Part shown: positions 55,859 through 64,000 of the stretch, one piece after another | Layout of the letters: the number at the start of each line of letters is the position of its first letter | Position numbering within the stretch: the first letter of the stretch is position 1 | NCBI GenBank assembly: GCA_965249485.1 | Contig: OZ252239.1 | Span: 1,760,001 to 1,824,000, forward strand | Reading direction: 5' to 3' | Length of the DNA: 64,000 bases | From: a bacterium | GTDB taxonomy: Bacteria > SM23-31 | The notes under the pieces: generated by a model | Databases searched by the model: none | Told to the model about the DNA's origin: nothing | Seen by the model: only the letters and a program-made list of their open reading frames with translations | Program-made: the position numbers and the translations under genes

Positions 55859-55980
55859 ATTATTTCGATTAATTACAATATACGAAATAATATTGCATGT
55901 GTCAAGTATATAATTACGTTAATAATAATCAATTAAAAGATATAAACAATAAATCCGATTCCAAGACAGCATAATGTCTG

Positions 55981-56928
55981 TTATTCTGCTGGTTTTCCTT
56001 TGTCCTTTGTCACATTGAAAACGGATGTTGCTGAAGCAATTATACTTGATATATCTGCTAAATTTGACGGGATGATCATTGTATTATTTTTATTAGCCAG
56101 TTTACCGAAATTTTCAAGATACTGCTCTGCGATCCTGAGGTTAACAGCATTTAATCCGTTTTTCTCTTCAATAGCCGAAGCAATTTCCCGTATTCCCGAA
56201 GCTTTAGCCTTGGCTACCCTCTCGATTTCAGTCGCAGAACCCTCAGCTTCATTTATCCTTTTCATCTTTTCACCTTCTGATTTAGCTATCAATTCCTGCT
56301 TTTCTCCTTCTGCTCTATTGATTTTAGCCTGTTTATCGCCCTCTGATTCTGCAATCAGAGCTCTTTTTTCACGCACCGCCCTCATTTGCTTTTCCATGGC
56401 GTCTTTTATACTCGCAGGTGGTTCAATATTTTTTATCTCATATCTGGTTACCTTAACTCCCCATGGATCGGATGCTTTATCAACTGCATCGACTATCGAA
56501 ACATTAATAGTATCCCTTTCTTCAAAGGTTTTGTCAAGCTCCAATTTACCGATAATGCTTCTCATTGTTGTCTGAGCAAGTTGAGCAGATGCAAACTGAT
56601 AATTACTGATGCCATAGGAGGCTTTTGGGGCATCGACAACCTGCAGGTAGAGGATACCGTCCACTTCCACGGAAATATTGTCTCGTGTTATACATGTCTG
56701 AGATGCAACATCGAGTGCTTGTTCCTTTAATGTATGCTTGTAGGCAACTTTGTCGATAAATGGTATGAGAATATGAAATCCAGCTTCAAGCGTAGCTTGA
56801 TACTTTCCAAGACGTTCCACGATAAATGCAGCTTTTTGCGGAACTATTCTTACAGTTTTTAAAAATGCTGTTATTACGAAAATAATTATAATGATAAGGA
56901 AAAAGGTGCTAACGCCTTCAGTGCTCAT
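55981..56928 (-). CDS. SPFH/stomatin-like protein (paraslipin/QmcA-like)
   Basis: IVERLGKY, ITRDNISV.VDG, AQTTMRS.IG, WGVKVTRYEIK, EKRA.IAESEG. Confidence 0.93.
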   Translation of the reverse strand: MSTEGVSTFFLIIIIIFVITAFLKTVRIVPQKAAFIVERLGKYQATLEAGFHILIPFIDKVAYKHTLKEQALDVASQTCITRDNISVEVDGILYLQVVDAPKASYGISNYQFASAQLAQTTMRSIIGKLELDKTFEERDTINVSIVDAVDKASDPWGVKVTRYEIKNIEPPASIKDAMEKQMRAVREKRALIAESEGDKQAKINRAEGEKQELIAKSEGEKMKRINEAEGSATEIERVAKAKASGIREIASAIEEKNGLNAVNLRIAEQYLENFGKLANKNNTMIIPSNLADISSIIASATSVFNVTKDKGKPAE

Positions 56929-56931
56929 GGT

Positions 56932-58053
56932 TTACCTCTCTTTTAAAGATTTTACTTTAAGCGTAATGTTGTCTTTACCAATTATTTCAACCGAAGATCC
57001 CTTCGGAATGTTTTCATCCGATTCCGCATTCCAGGTGGTACCTCGAAACTCAACCCTTCCTTTTAAATTAGGAGTTATTTGCTGTGAAACGATCGCATTC
57101 TTCCCTATGAACTCTTCAGACTTTTCGTCTTTGATCCGTTTTGAAGTAACACGACCTATAAATATGTTTTTTACCCATTTGCGGAGAGAAAGTATAAGTA
57201 TAATTGAAGAAATTAAGAATATAATCAATTGCATGTTTAAAGAAATATCAGTTGAAAATGAAACTATTGCAACAATCCACGCTCCTATTCCGAAGAAGAA
57301 AATTATAAACCCCGGATTGGCAAATTCAAAGACAAAAAGTACAAATCCTAATATTAACCATATCAATGAAGGCCTCATAAATTTGCTGATATCATTTGTA
57401 GGTGTTGAGACAACCTGAGCCTCAACTAAGTCGAAGGATTCCAATATTTTATCGATATTTTCCAGTTCGAAATCAGCAATTTTGTGATTTAATGCTTCCC
57501 TGGTAGTTAAAGTTAATAATTTCCCTTTTTCGATCAGTCCGGAAATCTCGACTTCTTCATCTACCATTGCTTCCGCTATCTCTGGTTGGCGATTGTTCAC
57601 TTCAGCTGTTGACTTCATTTCATTTCGCCAATATGATATTATCTTCTCAGATGCCTTCTCACCTAAGAAGTTCACAGGTGTAGCAGCACCGATAGTAGCT
57701 CCGGGAGACATTACGATTTTATCAGAAGCCAGTGAGATGAGAGCACCTGCTGATATTGCTCTTTTATTTATGAATGCAATAGTTAATATATTGGTGTCGA
57801 GTATATAATCTCTGATCTGAGTAGCAGCCTCCATTTCACCGCCGAATGTATTGATCTCAAGTATTATGGCATTCGCATTTACATTTTCTGCATCTTTAAT
57901 AATGCGACCGACATTTAAAGAAATTCCCGTATTTATGGTTCCGTTAATTAGAATATGATATACATTCTTATCTTGTGCAGCTAGTGCTCCATAACTCGCT
58001 AAAACAATAAACAGAGTCAAATAGATTTTTTTCATATAATTTTCCAATTTCAT
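56932..58053 (-). CDS. NfeD-family protein (ClpP/S49-like N-domain + TM + OB fold)
   Basis: INTFGG, AISAGALI, GAATPV, KGKLLTLT; C-terminal GRVEFRGTTWNA. Confidence 0.88.
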   Translation of the reverse strand: MKLENYMKKIYLTLFIVLASYGALAAQDKNVYHILINGTINTGISLNVGRIIKDAENVNANAIILEINTFGGEMEAATQIRDYILDTNILTIAFINKRAISAGALISLASDKIVMSPGATIGAATPVNFLGEKASEKIISYWRNEMKSTAEVNNRQPEIAEAMVDEEVEISGLIEKGKLLTLTTREALNHKIADFELENIDKILESFDLVEAQVVSTPTNDISKFMRPSLIWLILGFVLFVFEFANPGFIIFFFGIGAWIVAIVSFSTDISLNMQLIIFLISSIILILSLRKWVKNIFIGRVTSKRIKDEKSEEFIGKNAIVSQQITPNLKGRVEFRGTTWNAESDENIPKGSSVEIIGKDNITLKVKSLKER

Positions 58054-58082
58054 TAATTATATATAATAAGAGTGGTGTTGTA

Positions 58083-58153
58083 CGTCGTCAGAACATGTTG
58101 GAATAATTGGGTTGGAAGTTAAAAGATGCTTTTAGCTTTTACAAGGGTATTCT
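58083..58153 (-). repeat. Partial cassette-junction element (CGTCGTCAGAAC + -35 TTGTAA, 17 bp, -10 TAACTT)
   Basis: Shares GTCAGAA and TTTTACAAG..TATTCT with the long copies, at similar spacing. Confidence 0.65.
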
Positions 58154-58165
58154 AATAATCAATAG

Positions 58166-58594
58166 TTATTTATTCATAAATGCATCCACACTCAAACCAT
58201 CCTTCTCACGTGGAATCATGAGTATAAATACAACAAGGACGAGGAGGGCAAAGATGAGGCCTGACATGTCAAAAAACGGCTCCTTAAGGAGGTGGCCGTA
58301 CGTCACTATAACAAGGATTAATCCAAGAACTGAAAGGCTTTCCTTCACTCTGAATCCGAGACACGTGAGTCCGCCCGCAATAAATTCCATAAAAGGGAAC
58401 ATAAAACCGAGAGCCCACAAGAACCAAATAGGAATCCATGTATCCTGATAATCTTCAACAAAAACCTCCCGGGCAAACTCGACCGCACCTATAGCAAACA
58501 ATTTGTGAAATCCTTCCATCATGAACGCTAATCCGAGTATCCACCGCACGAAAAAAAGAGCCATCGAAACGCTGTCGAATTTCAATTTTCTCAT
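58166..58594 (-). CDS. DoxX-family membrane protein
   Basis: RWILG...GFHKL, P.MEF.AG...LG; 4 TM. Confidence 0.85.
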   Translation of the reverse strand: MRKLKFDSVSMALFFVRWILGLAFMMEGFHKLFAIGAVEFAREVFVEDYQDTWIPIWFLWALGFMFPFMEFIAGGLTCLGFRVKESLSVLGLILVIVTYGHLLKEPFFDMSGLIFALLVLVVFILMIPREKDGLSVDAFMNK

Positions 58595-58698
58595 ATTTGA
58601 TCTCCTATATGTAATAACTGATATTCCCAATATCAATCCTCTAAAAGAGAATGGACAATTTGGATCCAATGTGTTCAATAGTACGGTATGTAATATGC

Positions 58699-58743
58699 TT
58701 TTACAAGTACTATCTGCTCCTCGGGCTGTACGATTTGCGAACC
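58699..58743 (-). repeat. Cassette-junction element copy (-35 TTGTAA, 17 bp, -10 TACTAT)
   Basis: + strand TTTTACAAGTACTATCTGCTCCTCGGGCTGTACGATTTGCGAACC. Confidence 0.9.
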
Positions 58744-58750
58744 TTAACGT

Positions 58751-60170
58751 TCAATGGATCAGGAAAATTTCCTCATTTGGCGGCTGAATAAATTCAACTC
58801 CCCTGTTGGTTACGACTTGAGGATTAGAAATATTAAAGGCAAGCGGATAACCGGGTCTTTCATCAATATTCATATGGACCAAATATTCAAAGGCAAACAG
58901 ATAATTCTCCTGAATTTTCAAATGATGCGTGTCCGCCCGAAATGGCGCCATTGAGGGTCCGATCTCACCACTGTTGCTAAAAGCATGATTACCAATGGAA
59001 AATCCTGCAACATCAGTTCCTTTATCAGCGAGCGCCTTCTGTATCATCTTATAGTCTTCTGTACCGACATCGATATGAGGTGTATATATATCCTGCATCT
59101 TCCATAGCTTTGACCATAGCAGCCAATGATTCCCCAGCAGTCATGCCAACTCGCATATGCGGCCGCATAATCCATTGACCTGCTATAGCGCTATCAAAGA
59201 CTTTCTGTAAGAAGCCGGGGACTTTAGTTTCCCCTTTTCTCAAAATATAGGCATGAATTTTCGTATCTACTCCGAAACCCATATAGTTCCCTCTATCACC
59301 GCCACCACCACCGCCAACAAATAAATCACCACGCTGAAGAACATAGTTAGGATTACGAAAAAACCACCGTGCATCAGGTTGAGATTTCGGTACAGTTTTA
59401 TCAGGTGTATTTACTGCTGAATAGTAGACCCGGGCACCTATGTCTCTTGCTGTCGTTACACCTGGCACGACCTGAGATAATCTTTGTCTTGCACGCTGGC
59501 GAGCCAGAGCCAATACTTCGACCTGTGCCGCTACTTCCCTGCTCGTCCTTCTATTTATGAAATCTAAAACGACATTCTCAGAAAACACAATTCTCTTAGA
59601 ATATTCGGACCCTAAAATTTTTTCCAGCTTCATATATGATGAATGTGAAATTCCATCTGCCATAGGGAGCCAATCTGATGTATTGACTGCAATTGTTTTC
59701 GGATCACGCTCTGCTACAAAATCTGTTATTTCGTTGAAAACTTCGGGAACTGTAAAACCCAGTCTGGGATCTGTATTATTATAATTCCAACCGCCCAGAG
59801 CCATTCCAACTTCGTTAGAGCCGTATATGTTAATATTTTCAATCACTCCTGCTTCACCAAAAACAGCCCGCTCAATCTTGTCCCCTAGGTCCGTAAATAT
59901 CAAATAACCAGAGACTGGTCCAAAATGTTGAGCCAATGGGCCTCTATGGGGATTTGCAAAGATTCCATTGTACCGACCAACATGAATCCACATGTCCACG
60001 TTATTGTCTCTCATTGCTCCAGGTAGAATAAGGTCAAGTTTTTCGTTTCTTGCCAGGCGAAGAGCTTCAGCATCGGTCTCTGGTGTACGCTGTGGCAGCG
60101 GTTGCTGCCCATTGGCAACAGGTACGGTGAACATCACAGATATTAAAAATATTAATATTCTAGATATCAT
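58751..60170 (-). pseudogene. Secreted M24-family protein, paralog 3, frameshifted in a (TA)n tract near 59085
   Basis: LPGAMRDNNVDMWIH, ERDPKTIAVN, DGISH; C-terminus VVTNRGVEF in the second frame. Confidence 0.8.
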
Positions 60171-60222
60171 GACATTCTCCTTTATTGATTGTTAGTGATA
60201 AATATTGTGTTAAGCAATTTAA

Positions 60223-60265
60223 TTTTACAAGTATTTTTACATTTGGGCTGTACGATTTGCGAACC
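60223..60265 (-). repeat. Cassette-junction element copy (-35 TTGTAA, 17 bp, -10 CAATAT)
   Basis: + strand TTTTACAAGTATTTTTACATTTGGGCTGTACGATTTGCGAACC, followed by ATTGAGT as in the 53417 copy. Confidence 0.9.
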
Positions 60266-60377
60266 ATTGAGTAGGAAATCAAACGGAGGCACAGAAACAC
60301 TATAACAGAGACAGGTTGTGTAAACACACGTCGTTGAGAATAGCCAGCGGTCTCTGATTCGATCGCCGGCGCGCGGG

Positions 60378-60773
60378 TCAACCCATCGTTTCCGCGTCCG
60401 CGGGAGGTTGCTCCCGCGCAGCTTTCCGAAACAGCAAGGCCGATCCAACCCACAACGCGACGAAGAATCCATTCAAAGTCAAGATTTCCAGCAGTCCGCT
60501 AAACGGGTAGCCCAACCTACCAATCAGCGCGATCACGGTAACTAACGACTGAGCGAGCGCAGTAGCGAACAACGTGCGTGCCATTCCATGTGGCTGGAAG
60601 CGCGAGATAATGGCACCGATGATTCCGACGGCGAACACCCCGATATACATCAAGTTGGCGCAGTTGTCAGAATCCCCGATAATGCCAACGGCAGCGTTCA
60701 CCCAGAAGAGGATGAAGGCTGCCGCGAGCGCAAGGCCGACGGCGGATTTGTACGCGGTATTGCCCGTCTTCAT
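60378..60773 (-). CDS. 4-TM membrane protein, visibly higher GC, possibly 5'-truncated
   Basis: WVN.AVGIIG..ANLMY.GV; LTLNGFFVALW..SA.LFR. Confidence 0.7.
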   Translation of the reverse strand: MKTGNTAYKSAVGLALAAAFILFWVNAAVGIIGDSDNCANLMYIGVFAVGIIGAIISRFQPHGMARTLFATALAQSLVTVIALIGRLGYPFSGLLEILTLNGFFVALWVGSALLFRKAAREQPPADAETMG

Positions 60774-60898
60774 CGCTTCAATCCTTTCGTTTACGCTTTG
60801 TCATCACAATAGCGGCATACCTATTGATTATGTGGTTTTCATATAACACAACTTGGCTTTCTGAACGTGGTAGTAGTTCCACTGGATCCCAGATGCCG

Positions 60899-60930
60899 TT
60901 TCTGTCCCCGGGCTGTAGGATTCGCGAACC
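60899..60930 (-). repeat. Cassette-junction element copy (core)
   Basis: + strand TTTCTGTCCCCGGGCTGTAGGATTCGCGAACC. Confidence 0.8.
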
Positions 60931-60981
60931 GGTTTCTATCGCATATTTATTGTTATAAAAATCAATATGAGAATTACACTG

Positions 60982-61881
60982 TTAAGTACCAAACAACTCA
61001 TTGAGTAGTGAGCTACCCGGTGACACCATAATTTCCGGTACAGTCTGTTCATACATTTCATATAGTTGAGGCAATTTTTCCCTTAGGTCGGCACTATTTT
61101 TTAACGTCCAAGCTGTTGTATTCCGGTCAAAGGTTTCCCGGAGGTCCCATGCAGTGAAGATGACCCAGTATGCAAATTCCTGAAGTGAGACCCGTATCCG
61201 GCGTTCTTCATCTTCAATCCTGTCGAAGGAAATTAGATCATAATATCCTTTTTCAGCCGCCTCCAGCATAAACTGATAGAGCTGTGATTCGGTAGTTGCA
61301 GCCCATTCCTCGGGAAATACATAATGAAGTCCTATATCACTCGCATAGTGTAAGAGGTGTTCAGCTACTTCTACCATCTGATCTCTATTTCCAATTTCAT
61401 ATTGCATTATTACATCGCATACACTGTTCTGACTTCTTGTAACATTCCATGCCGCCAGATCTTCGGGATCCGTAATTCGGTCTTCTCTACCCTTATAAAA
61501 TGGGATCAAAGCCCTGTACTCATACATATTCCTGATAAACTCTTCCTGGAGTGCACTGTCGATAGAACCACCCTGCGGAAACATCTTTATAATAGTTTTA
61601 GCAACATTATTCATAAATTTATCTGCAATGTTGTCCCGGCCTACCAGGGTATAGCCATAAACCGTGATCTTTTTCGTGAATGGAGGATATTCGTCTGTTG
61701 GAATAAGACCGGTATTCATATACAAATCGCTGGGTGCCGAAGTTGCCCGCGAAAGCATGATGCATCCCCCATAATGGGTCATTCCCGTATCGGTCGCTAC
61801 CGACTCGGTCGTTTCCGAACTACAAAAAGTCAGAAGTAACGTCAAAGAAAGAATTGCACAAAAAATTTGTCGAGTAGACAT
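60982..61881 (-). CDS. Lipoprotein-like hypothetical protein, possible zincin-like fold
   Basis: LLLTFC-SS signal; EVAEHLLH and QEFAYW motifs. Confidence 0.6.
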   Translation of the reverse strand: MSTRQIFCAILSLTLLLTFCSSETTESVATDTGMTHYGGCIMLSRATSAPSDLYMNTGLIPTDEYPPFTKKITVYGYTLVGRDNIADKFMNNVAKTIIKMFPQGGSIDSALQEEFIRNMYEYRALIPFYKGREDRITDPEDLAAWNVTRSQNSVCDVIMQYEIGNRDQMVEVAEHLLHYASDIGLHYVFPEEWAATTESQLYQFMLEAAEKGYYDLISFDRIEDEERRIRVSLQEFAYWVIFTAWDLRETFDRNTTAWTLKNSADLREKLPQLYEMYEQTVPEIMVSPGSSLLNELFGT

Positions 61882-62156
61882 AATTGAATCTCCTTCAATT
61901 AGTTTATATTCCCCAAATCAATTCTCCATAAGAGATTAATTGGGAATGTGTATGAATTATAACGCTTTCTTACGTCGTCAGAACCTTTGAAATGCTTTGC
62001 GTTAAACATTAAGCAGTACTCCTGGCATTTGCATGTGTTTTTTCTACCCTCCATAATGGAAAGTAATCCCTTGAAACTGGGCGCCTCGATGTTATTTGAA
62101 AATAACCCGGGACTGGTAAGATGACGACAATTATTACGCCCTTTATACTGGTAATA

Positions 62157-63665
62157 CTAATGGTTAAAATCGCGCTTCTTAACGTCTTTGACATTCTTTA
62201 ACACGATGGAGGATTCACCTTCCGGTGCACGTTCTGCGTTGAAATTATCAAGCACCAAATCCTCTACATCGTCGCAAACCAGTGCCGGCCGCAGGTCATC
62301 CTTTTCAAAACCGACCGTAACATTGCGAAACTCTAATCCCTTAACATGACGGCAGTAAAAACCGTAGGAAGGCAGGGTACCACTTAAAGAATAATAAGCT
62401 TTCTCTTTTTCAGGAGGTACTATTTGGGCGTCTTCTTTTGTGCCTCCGCCGTCATAAATTATCTTAATATTATTCAACCTGACATCTTCGATTGAATAGC
62501 CCGGTATACCGGTAATGTGAGAACCAATCCTCCAATAAGAACCCGTTACAAAAACATTACTTATATTGATATTCCGTATCTTCCCGACAGGTGGATTATC
62601 AGGACCCCGTGCTCTGTTTCCCAGCCTTATAAATATCGGAGCGCCCGCCATGTTTTTCATTGTGATATTTGAGATGGATACATTTTCCATTATACCGCCG
62701 TCCATTATTCCCAGAGAAAATCCGTTATCACAATTATCAAAGACACAGTTGTTGATAACAATATTCTTAAAATCGCCGTTTGATTCAGTGCCGAATTTTA
62801 TCCCTCCGCACTGACGACCAGTGGTATTCATGGTACCGTCAAGCAGGGTTCCTTCGATAAAACCACTGACCATACAATTTGTAATAGTCACATTTTCAGT
62901 GACTCCTTTATATCCTAACGCGTAACTGCTTTTCAGACATAAGGCATCATCAATAGGTGTATTTATGGTACAGTTGGAAACCCTGACATTTCTACAGCAA
63001 TCAAGATTTATACCGTCACGATCAGTATCAACCTTGACGCCGTCAATAACCATGTTGTCACAGCCTGTAGGCAGCACCGCGAAATGACCTGCATGCCTGA
63101 TGGTAATGTCTTTAATCACTATGTTTTTACATAACTTTAGTGCGATTGTTTTATCCCCACCACCTGGCTCAGGATCTTCAGCGGTCATACCGCCTCCATC
63201 TATGGTGCCCGGACCCATTATTGTTATGCACTCAAGCTTCTCTCCCCAAATCAGGCTGTTGTGCCAGTGGCTGTGCCCAAAATCCTGGTACATGTCGAAT
63301 GGATTGTCTTCAGGTGGATCATATGCATTAATAGTGTTTGGTGCACCCAGTAGAGTTGCGCCTGCATCGAGGTACAGGGTAATATTGCTTTTCAATCTGA
63401 TAGAACCCGACTGGTACGTGCCGGCTGGAAAATACACGGTTCCTCCTCCAGCAGCGCTGCATACTTCTATCGCTTTATTAATGGCACCTGTGTCCAGTGT
63501 TGTTCCGTTTCCTGAGGCTCCATAATCTTTTACATTGAATGCGGATTCCGCCGGCCATTTGAAAACAGATGAGCCGAGGTTCATTGCCGGTAAAACAGCT
63601 ATACCGGCAAGTGAACTTTTCATAAAAGTACGCCGTGTTAGGATGTGATTAGAATTCAAACTCAT
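62157..63665 (-). CDS. Tat-exported GH28/polygalacturonase-like beta-helix glycosidase
   Basis: TRRTFMK, NVKDYGA.G.G..LDT.AI, RDGINLD, DDALCLKS, IKFGTES. Confidence 0.9.
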   Translation of the reverse strand: MSLNSNHILTRRTFMKSSLAGIAVLPAMNLGSSVFKWPAESAFNVKDYGASGNGTTLDTGAINKAIEVCSAAGGGTVYFPAGTYQSGSIRLKSNITLYLDAGATLLGAPNTINAYDPPEDNPFDMYQDFGHSHWHNSLIWGEKLECITIMGPGTIDGGGMTAEDPEPGGGDKTIALKLCKNIVIKDITIRHAGHFAVLPTGCDNMVIDGVKVDTDRDGINLDCCRNVRVSNCTINTPIDDALCLKSSYALGYKGVTENVTITNCMVSGFIEGTLLDGTMNTTGRQCGGIKFGTESNGDFKNIVINNCVFDNCDNGFSLGIMDGGIMENVSISNITMKNMAGAPIFIRLGNRARGPDNPPVGKIRNINISNVFVTGSYWRIGSHITGIPGYSIEDVRLNNIKIIYDGGGTKEDAQIVPPEKEKAYYSLSGTLPSYGFYCRHVKGLEFRNVTVGFEKDDLRPALVCDDVEDLVLDNFNAERAPEGESSIVLKNVKDVKKRDFNH

Positions 63666-63701
63666 GGCATCTCCTACTATAATGTAAAAATACTTTTGGC
63701 G

Positions 63702-63908
63702 GTGGCTTTTTGTTACTATTTATTGTGAATTGCTTCAAGTGTGGTCAGACTATGTGACATCAAGATTTTTGCAACGGTTTGTTCATAAACCTTATACAAC
63801 TTGGGTGTGAGTAGTCAGAACATTGAGGGCACTATTATTTAAATAGTAAGATATGCAAATTACATTTCCAAGAATATTCTGCTCCTCGGGCTGTACGATT
63901 CGCGAACC
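63702..63908 (-). repeat. Long form of the cassette-junction element (-35 TTGGAA, 17 bp, -10 TACTAT)
   Basis: Core TTCCAAGAATATTCTGCTCCTCGGGCTGTACGATTCGCGAACC; aligns with 53216-53417. Confidence 0.9.
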
Positions 63909-63915
63909 TTTTTAC

Positions 63916-64000
63916 TTAATGGATCAGTAAAATTCGCTCATTTGGCGGATGAAGAAATTCAACTCCCCGACTGGATACTACGTGATTACCTTCTATATTA
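63916..64000 (-). CDS. C-terminus of a fourth M24-family paralog (partial, runs off the window)
   Basis: NIEGNHVVSSRGVEFLHPPNERILLIH*, similar to the end of 58751..60170. Confidence 0.8.
   Translation of the reverse strand, partial: NIEGNHVVSSRGVEFLHPPNERILLIH

Larger units (their letters stand above)
53801..55918 (-). mobile_element. IS1595-family transporter IS carrying passenger genes (~2.1 kb)
   Basis: TIRs CGCAACTATATATTAGACACATGTAA vs CGTAATTATATACTTGACACATGCAA (21/26); AT-rich flanks TTATAAAT / TTAATAAT. Confidence 0.85.

Noticed and set aside
56000..57418. Long antisense ORFs (e.g. 56000..56575, 56891..57418; also 48367..48990, 5920..6474)
   Set aside because: Shadows of well-supported genes on the opposite strand, with no recognisable motifs
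58083..58094. CTGACGA (minus strand, also at ~61975 and ~53322) as a hammerhead ribozyme core
   Set aside because: No stem II followed by GAAA and no closing stems visible
60311..60332. AGGTTGTGTAAACAC as an IS terminal remnant beside the high-GC gene
   Set aside because: No partner end or transposase found; too short to support
42126..63908. Junction element as a CRISPR repeat or classical attC
   Set aside because: Copies are hundreds to thousands of bases apart with genes between them; no cas genes, no intI, and no RYYYAAC/GTTRRRY palindromic arms

Overview
Accessory region, probably from an FCB-group bacterium (inferred from 'PNYPNPFNPTTTI' T9SS/Por-type C-terminal tails; no phylum can be assigned). 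It is built on a decaying temperate-phage backbone on the + strand: cI/cro switch, integrase pseudogene, tRNA-Phe att core, Dam pseudogene, ERF recombinase, replication initiator with iterons, DnaC-like loader, Mor-like HTH activator, terS and terL. No portal, capsid or tail genes are recognisable. The backbone is split by cargo blocks, almost all on the - strand: glnS, a PAS-like protein, outer-membrane beta-barrels, T9SS-tail surface proteins, a repeat lipoprotein, and an AT-rich putative defence cluster (deaminase-HATPase_c_4-wHTH, Ser/Thr kinase, two HEPN-like proteins). Most cargo blocks are bracketed by diverged 100-400 bp direct repeats of the adjacent DNA. From 42 to 64 kb, secreted hydrolase and other genes are separated by at least 9 full or partial copies of a ~45-bp element (minus strand GGTTCGCAAATCGTACAGCCCGAGGAGCAGAWAATACTTGTAAA). 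In 7 copies it leads into a sigma70-like promoter with an exact 17-bp spacer, which suggests an array of mobile promoter/gene cassettes. Also present are a tRNA-Pro att core with arm-type repeats, a dif-like site, two IS1595-family elements and many nonsense or frameshifted genes. All product calls come from motif recognition by eye; no searches were run.
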